64,000 bases of DNA, taken from positions 1,054,001 to 1,118,000 of the forward strand of contig CAVNZM010000011.1 in assembly GCA_963693365.1 (NCBI GenBank). Direction: 5' to 3'. Source of the DNA: Amoebidium appalachense (lineage: Eukaryota > Protista > Ichthyosporea). Under the pieces are notes generated by a model, which made no database searches, was not told where the DNA came from, and saw nothing but the letters and a program-made list of their open reading frames with translations. The position numbers and the translations under genes were made by a program. Of this stretch, positions 9,903 through 25,518 are shown in pieces. Each line of letters starts with the position of its first letter. Positions within the stretch are counted from its first letter, which is position 1.

Positions 9903-10699
9903 GTTTTATTTTATTTTTTATTTTATTTTTTTTGGGTCGGGGGGAGGGGGGAGGGGGGGGAGGCAAAGCAAAGAAGGACATGATCAGATCGAAGGCAACG
10001 GCTTTTTTTTACCGTGGTGATGTGGGGTGTGCGTGCGTATGCTTGCCTGCCGAGCCGAGCATGTGTGGCTGACGCAGTGTGTGTCTCCGTGTATTTGTGT
10101 GTAGGTGTGGACTGATTGTTGTTGAGGTGCATGATGACATACATGGGGTGATGAGGTGTCTAATTCTCTTCTCTTTCTCATTCTTGCACTTCTTTCTTAA
10201 TTTCTTCTTTCTTTGCTTTCTCCTCTTCTCTTCTTTCTTTCTTTCTTCCACTTCCTTTCTGGCTTGTCTCCCGATATGCCCCCCCCCCCCCCCCCCCTCC
10301 CCCCCCCCCCCTTCTCTCCCATACCCCATCAACTCCCGGCCCCGGCTGCAGCCCCTGCCTCCTGCCCCCTCCCCCCCTCTGTTTCATTCATTCCAACCCC
10401 CCCCCCCCCCCCCCAACCTCTTCCCCCCCATATTTTCGAGCTGGGAGGGGAGGAGGGGCGGGGGGGGGGGGGAGGGCGGGGGGGCTTATGTTCAAATGAC
10501 ATGGACCTCATTATTATCGAGCTGTTGATCGAAGCCAGCATATGGTGGCATGGTCACATGTGTTTGGTTTGCCATTCTCAGGTGTATGTGCCGCTTAATA
10601 CGCCAGGCACCACGAAATGGAATGCATGGGAGACAACCGGTTAGGTGATATAAAGTGCATCAATGTTTCTAACGTTTCCGTTTGTTTGTTTTTGTTCAG

Positions 10700-10987
10700 G
10701 TTTCACGTCATTTTAGTGAAGGGAACGGCAAGAACAGACACCCACCGGCCCAGCCTACCACCCCGGTGGACATACGGCCGGCCCTGTACCAGCGAATTCA
10801 AACCCTGCCTAATTTATGGCGCACCCTGTCGGTGATGGGGATGGATTTTGGCTGGGAGGATGAGGAGGAGGGGGGGGACGTGGACGAGCTGTTTGATCAC
10901 GTGATCGATAGGCAGCCAATGGGGGAGGACGTCGGGGCATTATTGTTGGGGGGTGATATGGGGGAGATACAGCAGGCACAAGCTGAG
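10700..10987 (+). CDS. Internal exon of the TLDc-domain gene (acidic region)
   Basis: TTTTTGTTCAG acceptor, GAG/GTGGGT donor, phase 0 at both ends, matching the next exon. Confidence 0.65.
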
Positions 10988-11052
10988 GTGGGTGTGGGTG
11001 GATGGGTGGGGGCAGTGATGGGTGTGTGGGTGGCATGGGGGTGGTGGGTGAA

Positions 11053-11109
<57 letters not shown>

Positions 11110-11270
11110 GTGTGGAGTGTGTTCGACGGAGGGTGGAAGGGTGGTTGGTAGGGGTGGATGGAGGGGTTGGATTGGAGTGTGTTGGGCCGAGAGGGCGGGG
11201 GTGGGGGAGGATGTGTGTGCAAAAAGGGGGGGGGGAGGGGCGGGGGTTATTACAGATGACGCGCACGCGG

Positions 11271-11305
<35 letters not shown>

Positions 11306-11599
11306 TGTGTTTGTGTGTGTTTGTGTGTGTGTGTGGGGGGGGGGGGGGGGGGGGGAGGGGTGTGTGTGTGTGTGGAAGAATGGGCTCTACTTCTGTACTT
11401 TCTGTGTGCCCTTATATTTTTTTTCCCCAAAATTTTTAAAAGGTTCTTTTTCTGGTCCTTGCTACTCAATATCACACCTCTCCCCCTGCCCCCCAACCCC
11501 AACTTGGGAGCTTGTTCCTCGTTCTTGCATGTTTGTGTGTTTGGCCATACTGGTGTTTTTCCCTCCCCTTTCCCTTTCTCCTCCCTCCCTCCTCTCCCC

Positions 11600-11646
<47 letters not shown>

Positions 11647-12289
11647 ACATACCCACACACACACACACACCCTCCTTTCCTGAGGGTGGGCTCTGCTCAT
11701 TATGCATACTCTTTGATGTGTGGTTTGCACTCTGCATTGTGTGGTTCGTTGTGAATATATACTTTGTACTCTATGAGGCACTCCCCCCAGACCGCTTTGC
11801 TTCCATGCAACCGGGCATGATTGCTCTGTGTCGTGCATCTGTAAGCACATGCGTATTTTTCGCTGCACTACATTAGTTTGCACACACACCTTCACCGTTT
11901 TGCTCACCTTGCTTGCATAAGCAACCCTGCTCGTCTTTGATCAAGGCAGGTTGACCCTCCCAAGTTCAGTTGATGCTGCTGTCTGAGTTGGAGAGTCGTA
12001 TATACACTGGCTAAGGGGTCGAAACTCAGACGCAATTGACGACTTGGGCCCTCCCTGAGGATGGGCTCTGCTTATGACGCATACTGTGCACATGGCTGAT
12101 GTTGCATACTTGAATGTTTGCCTTTGCATGTGCCCTGCACCATGCTTCTCATCGTGTATGCGTACGTCGTACCGTGTTCCGCCTTCGAACCCCCCCCCCC
12201 CCCCCCCCCTCCCCTTTTTTTTTTTTTTTTTTTTTTTTTCTCTTCTGGCGGGGGGTAGGGGTGTGGGATGGGTGGGTGGGTGGGTGGAA

Positions 12290-12330
<41 letters not shown>

Positions 12331-12369
12331 TGTAAGCAATACAATGCTGACGGTGTGTGGGATGTGCAG

Positions 12370-12458
12370 GGTGGCGATGACAGGGGCTATCTGTCGTGGC
12401 TCTACGACTATCTCCTGGGCTATCCAAATTCCCAACAGCAGCAACTGCAACAACAACT
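12370..12458 (+). CDS. Internal exon of the TLDc-domain gene (GGDDRGYLSWLYDYLLGYPNSQQQQLQQQ)
   Basis: GCAG acceptor, GTACGT donor; the phase-2 end matches the exon at 13023. Confidence 0.65.
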
Positions 12459-13022
12459 GTACGTCCCCCCTCCCCCCCCCCCCCCCCCCCCCCCCCTCCG
12501 CCTTACCCCTCACAACCACCATCACCACCACCTATAAACACACACACACACACGTGCAGACAGGCACACTGGGCTGGAATCACCCTCCTTCGTGTACAGA
12601 CACTTGCAAGCATAAACACATCTTCACACGACCCACCTATTGTCGTCTGTCGTTCATCTTTAGTTTTAAGTCTCTTACCCCTTCTCTAACCTACAATCGA
12701 AAGATGGCGGACTGGGTATGCAAGGGGATCATCAGGCATGGTGTTCGTAGTTCGCGTGGGATAGCTCACCGGCAATGCCAGTATACACCAGGTATATTGG
12801 GTTGTTATATTGTGCCGTATCTCACTGGGTGCAGCTGTGGGTGGGTGGAAGCTCATGTCGTGAAAATGATTGGAGTAGCCTGCTGATCTTGTTGAAAAAA
12901 TAAAAGCATTCCGGAGATACACATCAAGATACGCCAGCAAGTAACAATTAGTAGACCAACCCGTATGGCCATATTGCCAGCATTCACAGTGCAAGCAGTG
13001 ACCCGGTACTGTGTGCACACAG

Positions 13023-13137
13023 GGACAGTGGCAGGGAGCAGCACCAATTGGAGGAGATGCTATTGACCACTGAGTCGTGGGAGGAGATGACACTCGGTGC
13101 ACCCTCATGCATCATCACCCTGGGCATGGCTAGAAAG
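13023..13137 (+). CDS. Penultimate exon of the TLDc-domain gene (..PSCIITLGMARK)
   Basis: ACAG acceptor, AAG/GTGTGT donor. It joins in frame to IASCLP.., giving the typical TLDc N-terminal pattern S.I.....I...LP. Confidence 0.8.
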
Positions 13138-13224
13138 GTGTGTGTTTTTTTGTGGTGGGGGGGGGGGGGAGTGGATGGGTTTGGGTGGCTGGTGGTGGGT
13201 CCGGGTGTGCCTACGGGTGTGTGT

Positions 13225-13260
<36 letters not shown>

Positions 13261-13353
13261 TGTGTAAGTGTATGCATATGTTTTTCCCCTTCTTTTGCTT
13301 GTGTGTGTATTGGGGTTTTTCTTTTTCCTCTTTTCTTTCTTTTTATTTTTTTT

Positions 13354-13384
<31 letters not shown>

Positions 13385-13821
13385 GGGGGGGACAAGGGGA
13401 AGGGGAAGGGGGAGAGTTTACTGTGTATGTTCTGCTGCCCGTGTGTTTTGTTGTGTAGGGAAGAAGGCTCTATGATGAAATCTATACTTCGTCCGATGCT
13501 TGTATTTCCCCTCCGCACCCACACCCACACTTTCACACACCCGGCTTCTCCTTCTCCGCCTGTGCAAAGACGTTGCCTAAGACATGCCCACATAGACATT
13601 GTCAACAAACACACACGCTACGTCATGGTTTATAATCCCCCCCCCCCCCCCCCCCTCCCCCCCCGGGCCGGGTAGCTGTCCGGGTCCCTCTATTGCACCC
13701 ACACACGTTCTTTTTTTCCAAACCCCCCCCCCCCCCCCCTCCCCCCCTCCCCCATCCCCCCCCCCCCCGTGCACCCCTTTCCATCTCATGCATCCACACA
13801 TTCTTTTCTCCCCCTCCTCCC

Positions 13822-13853
<32 letters not shown>

Positions 13854-14016
13854 AGATTCACACACATGTCAATCTGCCTGGTTCATGCCTGCATATCTGT
13901 GTATGGCAAAGGGTATAGTGCTAACACCCCCCCCCCCTCCCCCTCCCCTCCCCTCCCCCCCAACACACACACACACACACATTCATGCTCAGACACACAT
14001 TCGCAAGCAAAGAATG

Positions 14017-14629
<613 letters not shown>

Positions 14630-14871
14630 TGTCGGCCCCCACCATCCCTATTCGGTATAGCACCCCCCCCCTCTCCCTTCCATCCATGCCACTTCCTCAC
14701 AACACAATAATACGCACTCATGGTGACGCATCTATCCAGATACAGGTGTATGCGAGCACACACACGCACGTATGCCCGTGAGGGAGAGCATTGCAGCAGG
14801 CTTCATGCGATGATATCGCAGTGCCCCACGTCCATCGAATGTACTTTCACATGCCCCTGCTCGCGCGCGCG

Positions 14872-14918
<47 letters not shown>

Positions 14919-15710
14919 TGCCATGTGCGCTACGTTATCTGATTGTGACATGGCAAACATGTGTACGTGTGGATATTCGAAGGACCATGTATTGTATTAG
15001 GCATTGCAACAGGAATGGTTAGAATTGCATGAGATGTTGAAAATTTAATTATATCGCATTTTGTTTTCCCCTCTACGCGAACAATGAAACATGGCATGTT
15101 TTATCGGGAAACTTCTGTGGGTTTGACAATATGTTGGTCGATTGTTCTTGCCAAGGAAACTTGTACAGATCCTGAACCTGCAATGAATTCATGTAAATAT
15201 GTCCGTTTTATTCGACTTTTTGTTATACATGTTGATAGCAAGGCTGTGTTTGTAGAATTTTAATGCGCGAATGACGAAACGAACTTATCACATCTCCATT
15301 TTATCTTAGCTTAGACTGGGTGTCTTCTCCTTTCTCACCTACAGCCATCATGCAATGTGGCCAGTGTCGAGTTATCATTAAAGGAACTTTTGTGTGCACA
15401 TAATGGCTGCTTGCTGAATCGTAATCAAGTATATGATTCCAAATGTATAAAGGGGTTTGATTGTCTGACATGGTATGATGAATATTCTTCGTCCATAGTT
15501 CCCTCTCAATCCCAGTTCGAATCCCCCACCTCCCATCCCCACCCACCCACCCACCCTTCTCTCTCTCCCTCCCTCCCTCTAGGCCTCCGCCCCCCTCCCC
15601 CCCCCCTTTCTCCCTCCCCCCCCCCCCCCCCCCCCCCCCCCTTCTCCCTCTCCATCTCCCTCTCCCTCTCCCTCTCTCTCTCTCTTTCCCTCTCTTCTCC
15701 CTCCCTCCCT

Positions 15711-15817
<107 letters not shown>

Positions 15818-16251
15818 CCTCCCTCCCTCCCTCTCCCTTCCCCCCCCCCCCCCCCCCCCTCTCCTGTCCCCCTGTCCGGTGCAGACATATGCATACACCT
15901 AACGCGAACAGTCACACATCACTAGTCATTATGATATCGGATGATATGCAGTGTCATGCGCACACAAGCAAATACCACTGCTTGGAAATATGAAACACAA
16001 CAAAGGTGTGTGCACGTGCCAAGTTGGCACAGGCAGAAACTAGCCAACATACTAGACACTCGCGGCAACAAACAACATGCAAACACACTGACTCCGTAGG
16101 CGGCAAGCGTGCACACACCTACCCACCCACCCACTCACACACACACACACACACAACACAAACAAACACGCACACACACACACACACACGTACACGCGTA
16201 CAAACACACACACTCACACATGTACACACATGTACACACACATGCGACAAC

Positions 16252-16286
<35 letters not shown>

Positions 16287-16518
16287 CACACGTACACGTA
16301 CACACACAAACACAAAGAATAATAGCGCGTAAACACGCACATAGCCTGTAACTACTGGACTCTGGCACACACGGGCACGCACGCACACACACACATAGAG
16401 AGACACAAAAGCAATGTCACAAACACACAAACGAGACCCACATATGAAATGTGTTCACACACAGTGATTTTTTGCATGAACCCTTGAAATGTTGTTAAGT
16501 ATCTTGAAGGGAGTCCTT

Positions 16519-16574
<56 letters not shown>

Positions 16575-16825
16575 CCCCGGCAGTAAAAAGAAAAAGAAAA
16601 GAAAAAGAAAAAAAACTGGGGAAAAAAAGAAAAGGAAAAAAAAAAAGAAAAATGGTCACGCCCGGTGGCCTATAGCAGTAGGCCTGAAGTTTTGATAAAT
16701 AATTTGGACAGAAAGGTAACAATTGCTAGCCAGTACAATCGATATCGATATCAACACAGCACATGCAGGCTACGTCGTTACTGAGCAGAAGTGCCACACA
16801 CAACAATTGCAATTACAGATAGTTT

Positions 16826-16935
16826 AACAGAAGTGCCAACACATGTACAACCAAAAAAGGTAACAGAAGTGCCAACACAACCAAAAAAAGGTAACACAAT
16901 TGCTAACACAACAAAAAAGGTGACACAAGTGCCAA
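16826..16935. repeat. Degenerate ~30-bp tandem repeat (AACAGAAGTGCCAACACAACCAAAAAAGGT), ~3.5 copies
   Basis: Direct reading; partial copies upstream at ~16710 and ~16786. Confidence 0.8.
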
Positions 16936-18295
16936 GGCCCAACCAGCACCGTGCACGTCACATGTGTGAATTCAGGCCCTCTCCCCCGAGGCCTTGCAAA
17001 TTGATAACCCGAACTTATAAGCAGTGCGAGATATGAAGAAGATATACTTTCTGAAAATGTTTTGGCTAATGACAAGATTTACCACGCAATTGCTTGTTGC
17101 CGCATGCCAGAATGCATTCGCATCAGCGCAGATCAGGGCTAATTGGCTAGTTTTGCCCTCCTGGGCGTTTATTGGTGCTATGGTTCATCTGTGAGATCCA
17201 ATTGTTTGGCTCTACTGATCTAATTTGCGGCGATCCAAGGAGCGTAAACTTTCCTGAGGACATCGACAGGGTTTGGTTTCCACACACCTAACCGCTTAGG
17301 TCCTATGTGTTATGGCTTGAAAGGAGTTGTCTTCATGTGGAACATAAATTTAGAATATTAACGATATTGGCATTAACTCACATTTTCTGACATAGCTTTT
17401 GAATGACATGCTACATAATACTTGGTGGTGTATACGTAGCATGGATTCGGATGTTGCTGGCTGGAGCGCAAGCGCCGCACCGTGGCACTGTACCAGCTAA
17501 AGTAGGGGGGAAGGGCTATAAAGCTTTTTCGTGTAAACAACTACATATACCACAGCTTATTATATTCCAAAAACTGAGTGCATTCAAGCTTTGTTCCAGG
17601 TGTGAATGTGACATCGGCTGGCGTGCATGTCAAGCCGGTGGTAATAAGTTAATAACGCGAACTGCCGAATTTTGACCCGCTTTCAACCTTGCAATCGCTG
17701 TAGCCAATAACTGAACGACAATTAATATTTATGCTTTCTGATTGGTCTTTGGTCACCTTTGTGTATGACCCTCCATTTCCAAATAGCGCGGCACGTGTGT
17801 CTTCCGAGACCACAGCAACACCCTGTTGGCTTTGAGTTTAATTTTCTTTTTTTTTCTTTAAAAAAAAGTATTAGGATGGAATGAAGTAAATTTAGTGGGA
17901 CACGAAAAAGTCCGTTATTATCATTTATAGGGCCTAAAGAGCTATTTTTATATATTTCATGAAATTATCATAGGTTGTTATGAATAGAATGAAAAACATA
18001 GCTTAAGCAATCAGCACCACGTTTATCAAAACCATTCTGTTCACGGTAGTCATCTCAGGTAAAAGACTTGGAGCGTTTGCAAGTAAGTGTTTAGGGGGAA
18101 TCACGCTGCACCTCCACTATAAAAGTGCCTGGCTACTCCGATGGCAGTCAGAATTGTGTCCAGGATGTAGTTTCTTCGTGTCTCGCTTTCCTCCCCGCGC
18201 CTTGACAGTTACTAAGAAACGACTGTTGTATAGCAAGCCAACTCTCTTCTATAGGCGGGCTGAAGGTTTTTGCGAGGCACCCATTTCCGTAAAGA

Positions 18296-18904
18296 ATGCC
18301 TGTGCCGCAGCCCATCGCTGCGCTCCCGGTAGAGCAAGCAAATGCGATCACTGCCGAGGTTTTAGAAAGCAAATCTGCGAAGGTTAACCCTAACGAATGT
18401 TCCGTGCAAGCACCAAACACTAGCAAGACCACCACGCCTCAGGCCGTCACCGTCTTCCGCCTGACTGACCCGAGCCACAAGGGCACTCTCGAGGAGGTGA
18501 AACTCTTAGCCGAGCAGTACTTCCAGGAGGACTTCCACCTGAGCATCAGTGCCAGCCCTAATGCATGGCGGGTGGATGCGGCTGTGTGCAACGAAACAAA
18601 GGCCCTCACGGGTTTCGTTGTCTACCGCCGTCGCGCCAAGACACGTGATATCGGCATATCGAAAGTCTACGTGCTCGAGGCATTCCGTCGCCACGGCATC
18701 GGCCGCAAGCTTGTTAAGAATGTTATCGAGTTTGCAAAGAAAGACAAGAACATTGAGATAGTAAGCCTGTGTGCCTTTCCACATGCCGTTAAGTTTTATC
18801 AGGGGCTCCGTTTCAAAGCAGTGAGCCACACGGAGGGTGACGAGGAGTATTCGGAGCAGACTTACATGGAGCTGAGAGTGAGGTCGGCCCGTCGCCTTCG
18901 GTAG
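18296..18904 (+). CDS. GNAT-family N-acetyltransferase (RimI-like fold), 202 aa
   Basis: ISKVYVLEAFRRHGIGRKLV (acetyl-CoA motif A, RxxGxG), AVKFYQGLRF (motif B), GFVVY strand; TATAAAA at ~18118. Confidence 0.9.
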   Translation: MPVPQPIAALPVEQANAITAEVLESKSAKVNPNECSVQAPNTSKTTTPQAVTVFRLTDPSHKGTLEEVKLLAEQYFQEDFHLSISASPNAWRVDAAVCNETKALTGFVVYRRRAKTRDIGISKVYVLEAFRRHGIGRKLVKNVIEFAKKDKNIEIVSLCAFPHAVKFYQGLRFKAVSHTEGDEEYSEQTYMELRVRSARRLR

Positions 18905-19887
18905 ACCTGCCACTGGGAACTCCGTTTATTGGCATGCTTTCTTTACCGTCTTCTGGAAGTCTGTTTCTGGTTACGCTGACTATTATCGCTTCACCTTCAA
19001 TCTTCTACACTATTGCTATTTCTTCTATTTTCATGTTTGGCCTACTAAAATGCACCTTGATGAATGACCAAGTACTTCTGGAGCTAAGTTGCACACTATA
19101 AGCAACGTTTTGTTGAAGCCTCAGACATACAAGGACTCTTTTGTCTGTATCATATCGGAGTGTGTAGGCCTTTTCCTGTTTTAGGTCTTTTTTGCTGCTT
19201 TGAGCAAACCTTTTCTGATAAAAATAATAAAACATGAATGGGCTCCTCTGCATAGGCCTGGTGCCGGCAAAGACACCCAAGTATTCAAATTTTATCTGTG
19301 TGCTTCCTTCGTTGGTGTACATGGATAATCATTAGGCTATCCCAGGCTTGAAAGGCAAGATACCAGTCTAAGACAAGTGAGTGTGTAAGCTCTCTAACTT
19401 GTGTACAACCTTTGTGTGTCATTTCTGAATAGAGTGTGGGGTTGTTATACTATGTACGGCAGTGTAGTGCTCACTAGAGTTAGCGAACAGGAAATTAAGT
19501 TCAAGAAAGTTGTCTCTCTGCTGAGCAGGTGTTTGCAGAGAGAACCGACGATGTTTTGAGCCACATGAATGTTTCTGGCGGTGTGGTTTGTGTGCATGCC
19601 ACAATTTGCTGAGCACAGTCTGTGTGTGCATGTATTCGTGGACACCCGTGTGGTTTTCATGATGTGAAATACCAAAGATATGTGCTCTGTATGTGATGGT
19701 GTGCGTGTGGTGTTGTTGGTTGTTGGGTAGGTGGGTGGATGTGGTGGTGGGGGGGGGGGGGGGGGGGAGGAGCCACGTGTGTTTAGTTTCCTACACACAT
19801 GGAGAAGCTGTGATGCTTAGTATCTACGTCAAACCCTGGCCCTCTCTTGTCAAAGTTTATCCTATTATATTCACTGGTAATGGTGGT

Positions 19888-19935
<48 letters not shown>

Positions 19936-20056
19936 CTGAATGCGGATAGAGACCCAAGTTAGTGGCGTTTTTCCGAATTTACCATTCTGCTCCCCTCCCT
20001 CAAATGTATTCCATGCATCAACCATAACCCCCGGGTCCCCCCTCCCTCCCCCCCTT

Positions 20057-20088
<32 letters not shown>

Positions 20089-20950
20089 CCAACCCAATCC
20101 CACCGCCCCCCGGCCCGACTGCCTTTGCCTCTACGGCATGGTGTATATTTCTGTGACACCCACACACTCTGCGCCTCTCCTGGCCTTGATCGACTCCTTT
20201 CTCATCATGATTCCAGCACTGCCAATGACAAATTCTCTGATTCAAGGATAATAACCTTGCATGTACATAACGCGTAAAATATATAATCGTCGAGACTAAA
20301 CTCCTAAAAAATGTTCATGGTACAACTAATACATGAATTCTAAATTCGAGGTGTTTGTGTATGTGCATGTGTTGCATGTGTGCACATGAACGTGTACATA
20401 TCGAGGGAGCGCCCATAGGTGGTGTGTGTGTGCGTGTGTGATTCCTGGAGACCATGGGCCATGTATGTGCATGTGCTTACGTTCATTGCCAACTAAAATG
20501 TGTATGTTTGTCTGTGTGTGTGTGGTGCGTGTGTGTGTGTGTGTGTGTGCAGTGTGTGCGCTTGTATGTGTGTGTGTTTGTACGTATACGTGTGTGCGCG
20601 TGTATGTGAATGTGTGCGTGTATGCGCGCTGTGTGTGCGCGTGTGTGTGCGTGTGTGTGTGTGCGGGGGGACAGGGCAGACAGAGGAAGTTGGGGGGGGG
20701 GAAGGGAAGAGGCGAATTGCAGGGGCCTAGCATGTATTAGTCAATCTGTCCATGTCCATGTAAGCATGTTTATGCGAGCTTGGGAAACCCAGCCACTCTA
20801 CGATGTAGGATACTACACCCAGATCCCCATGACAAAACCAAACAGAAACACAAAGCCCACATAACCAAACAGCCACCCACAGAAAGAAACCAGCTGCAGG
20901 CACAACACCTTGGACAACACATCCTCCCCCCCCTCCCCCCCCCCCCCCCC

Positions 20951-20999
<49 letters not shown>

Positions 21000-21720
21000 A
21001 CACACACACACCCCACACCCCGGTGACTCCCTACCCATGCACCCCCACCTCCCACCCACCCACACCTATCGGCTTGCTCCAAATGCAGACATACACAAAA
21101 CATCTCAAAGCAGAGCGCAACCCGCAACGCTTAAACAACACAGCAGCAGCCACCACACTATACGATATGGGATCCAGCGTGCGCCCCACCATCCTCAACC
21201 CCAAAGCACCGTGCACCACCACATGTTGGCATGTGCGTGCATACATGTGTGCGCATATGTGAACCGGACCCCCTTAGATAAACACAGTAGGCCCTAGCTT
21301 ATAAACCCCCACGGCCTACCCTCGCTACACTTACGTAATCACATTCACCCAAAACGTAGGTAACACGTTTTGGGTGTCCTGAGGCCGATACCCACCTACT
21401 AAAGGCAACGGTTCAGACCGTCGATCAAAAAAAAAAAAGGTGACAGTCTGCTGGTGCCAACAATTATTCCATCATATCTGAGCATAATATTGATCAATAT
21501 GTGTATGGCGAGGTACGGTGCTTGGCCAACCCCCCCCTCCCCCCCCCCCCCTCCCCCCACCCCGGTAACTCCTCCTCCCCCCCCCCCCCCCTCCCCCCAC
21601 CCCGGGTAACTCCTCCTCCCCCCTCCCCCTCCTCCCCCGCGCGGGCACAAGGGACCCATACACCAACCCGGCCAGCAGGCGGCAGGCGGAAGGAGGGGAG
21701 GAGGGGAAGGGGGGAGGAAA

Positions 21721-21751
<31 letters not shown>

Positions 21752-22417
21752 CGCACCCTGCAGGCTGGGTGCACATATTTGAATCAGATAGCCTCGGATC
21801 ATAGTGGTGCTATGATGTAGCAGTGCACGGTCTACATACATTCCGTATTGTATAATAGGAGTATACCGTGTAAGCATCCTGAAACATCACGGTACTGTTA
21901 ATTGGGCGTCTTTGATCACCTGAAGCTCAGGCTACACCGTACGGTCAGGCTCGAGCAAACCCCCCCCCCCAACCCCTCCCCCCCCCCCCCCCCCCCCGGG
22001 TTCCCCTCCCTCCCCCCTCCCCTCCCCCTCATTCCCTTGAAGTTCGTGGGTCTGGGCGGGACTCGTCTCCCGAAGTCTCCCCATTTGCGCACACACACAC
22101 ACACACATACCAACACACTGTCACACGCACCTAATCACCCATACATGTACAGCACATACACACGAGGTGAACAAACCAGCGATCGATGCGCACCCGACAT
22201 GAACATTTCAGACATGTACACTCAGCCACTCCACAGTGTCACGTGTGCATTCCTGTCTGCCATACAGACACACACACAAACACTGCGCGGGTGAGCACGA
22301 TAACCTTGCCCTGGCCCCCAATATTTCATATTTAGTAATATTCGACCGTAATGAATACAGCCTTTGGTGGGTAGAAAAGAGATTCTTTTCATCGCGCACG
22401 AGGCTCCCCCGGGGGAA

Positions 22418-22495
<78 letters not shown>

Positions 22496-22981
22496 GGGGG
22501 GGGAGGGGGGTGGAGAGGGGGGAGGGAGGGCGGAAGAGAAGGACTCATCCACCCCGGTGAGGAGAGGGGTCCCTCCCCCCCCCTCCCCCCCCCCCCCCCC
22601 CCCCTCCCCCCCCCCTTCGGGCCCCCTCCTCCTGTCGACAAGGACATTAACTTCTTTTGCACCGGAAAATTTTTGCACTAGAACGTCTCTAATTAGAATG
22701 TTAACGTTTAGAAATCTAAGCTTGTATTAGTGGAGTTCTGCCCACTGTTCTAATTTTCAATTTTGGCCTGTTTGTATGTGATTATGTGTTTCTCCGTAGG
22801 AATCCAGCTCTGCTATGCTGAATATCACCACTAAAGTCGACTCACTAAGCTTCCACTCGCATTAATATTTATCCTCCCCTCCTCCTTCCCCCCCCCCCCC
22901 CCCCTCCCCCCCTTCCCCGGCCCCCTCCCCGCCCCCCCCCCCCAAAAAAAGATAATAAGAAAAAAAGCTTTTAAGTTACAC

Positions 22982-23048
<67 letters not shown>

Positions 23049-23445
23049 TAACAACCAATTTTTATTGACCGAATATACAGTATAGTCCCCCATTCAACCT
23101 TCTTAAATACGTACAATCCTCGATGTATTGTCCTCTATTCACAACGGATACGGGGCGCCGTTATATGTACTGTTTTCTATTTTATCATCAGTTAGTACTG
23201 CATGCACTGCGTGCTGCTGCCAGGAGCCCCAGAGCCAGCGAAGTCTACGTTATCTGATTGTTACATCATGGTCGAGAGACTAGGCCGAGGGCTATTAATA
23301 TTAGCCTATCTAGCTGAATCTGGTGGAGCCACAGCCGTAATGGAGTGGTGGCCACGGGGCGTGGGACGGCATACACATATGCATGCACATTGGGATGGGT
23401 TTTCTTTCTTTTCTTTTGTTCGAATTTCCGGAATTCCGGAGCGTG

Positions 23446-23514
<69 letters not shown>

Positions 23515-23553
23515 CGTGCGTGCGTGTATGTGTGCACGTGTGTGTTTGTATGT

Positions 23554-23591
<38 letters not shown>

Positions 23592-23680
23592 ACATGTGAC
23601 GGTGTGTGTGTGCGTGTGTGTGTGCGTGTGTGTGCCACAGTGTCCGTGGCCAGTGTACGTGTGTGTGCACGTGTGTTTGT

Positions 23681-23767
<87 letters not shown>

Positions 23768-23824
23768 CGTGTGTGTGTATTTTTTATTTTTTATTTTATT
23801 TTATTTTATTTTTATTTTTTTTGT

Positions 23825-23880
<56 letters not shown>

Positions 23881-25518
23881 GCCCGGAGGGAGGCCTCGGA
23901 GGGAGCAATTGCACTGCGAACCCGTGACTCTGCACTCCTTTGGATCTATTTCGTGAAGGCTTTAGGGGAAATTGTATACCCTGAAACAGATGAAGGCACT
24001 TCAGTGACTTCAAGTTAGTACACAAGCTTGCGCAGCATAGTGTCGTACGTACGGACATCGAAGTAACAATAGATCACGCAGGCTCTGTTGATTGAATAAT
24101 CTATTCGCTCGGAACCCAAATCGCTGCTGATTGGCTTGTATTCACCCATTCACTGAAGCTCTCATCTACTTTAAGATCTCGCGCGTGCACGTCAGACGTC
24201 GTGATGCTCACAGCTGATAGACAGAACTATATTGGTAGCTTTGGGGCGCACGCCGGACAAATACATGCAAAGGGACATATAAGCGTGTTTATCTATCTGA
24301 AAAAGAATCCTTTTTTTACCACAATACTCGTACACTAACACATACATATGCTCACGCTTGGAACAAGTGGACGCGCGTAAATCAATCCAGCTGCCCAATT
24401 GAAGTCTTGCACGGGAGCCCCAACAGTGCCCATCACCAGTCCCCAACGCCCCACCCTTTTCTGAGCCACAGATATGCTAATAATAAGTGGACATATATAT
24501 TGCACACGACAAATTTTTTGAATGCATATGCACGGCTCTAAAAACAAGAGTCTCACTTCAACTCATGGATACCTGAGCGAGGGCATATGCATGCCGCCAA
24601 CGTTAGTCAGTAGACTGAAACTTTGCCTATGTTTATGTCTGCACTGTACAGTACGCGTGGATGTAAAAAGTTACACGAGACACGCATGCACGTGGACAGT
24701 GGCATTTTTTCTGAGCATATGCCTGTCAAGAGGACCATTCATCTTCTCTGTACATGTGCCAACATTTCCAGTGTTAGTGACAGAAGACGGAAGGCATCAC
24801 GGCAGGCCGTGTGTGATACTAAACCACCGAATGACGTCGACTACACTACGTTGACTATACTATCTTGTGTCGTCTCCTCAGGCTGCTCCAACCGTGACGA
24901 ATTTTTCTAGTTTGGGCTATGTCATGCAGTCCCCACATACATATTCAAAGCATGGTTGAACTCAAAAAGGTTGCATCAATGATTGGGACCTATACCACAG
25001 CTGAAGGCCACTAATTAGTGCTTGCGATCCATCACTAACCGTTCAGAGGTACTAGCCACTGAGCCACTTCTTTTACGACTATTGCTCTGCTGCAGCACAA
25101 ACCCTTCAGCAGTACACCCACATGGCATGTGGTTGCAACCCAGAGCCTTTCAGTCCTGCAGAAACCTCTGTGTAAATGATACAATCAACATTGGCCTCCA
25201 GGAAAACATAATTAATAATCATTATATCCGAAGAGTAAGCTAACCAGTGGCATCTCGTGCACGGGACGTCGTCGGTGTGTACAGTATTAATACCCCTATT
25301 TATGAAAACGTCCGAGTGGAATAACAATGTTCTACATAGCAACCAAAGCATTGAATATGTAGCGAGAGGCTTTCTACTACTACTACTCCATAACTAGCTA
25401 GGGGTTTACAGTTCGACTGACGTCGTACACAGTTACTTCGGATTTGGTCCACAAGCGATTGTAGGGAGAGAGAATTCATCTGCACATACGTACGGCCTGC
25501 AAGCTCTTCTCTGCAATC

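Noticed and set aside
11679-12085. Imperfect ~32-bp direct repeat (CCTGAGGRTGGGCTCTGCT..) as LTRs
   Set aside because: Too short, no TG..CA ends or TSD; likely a local intronic duplication.
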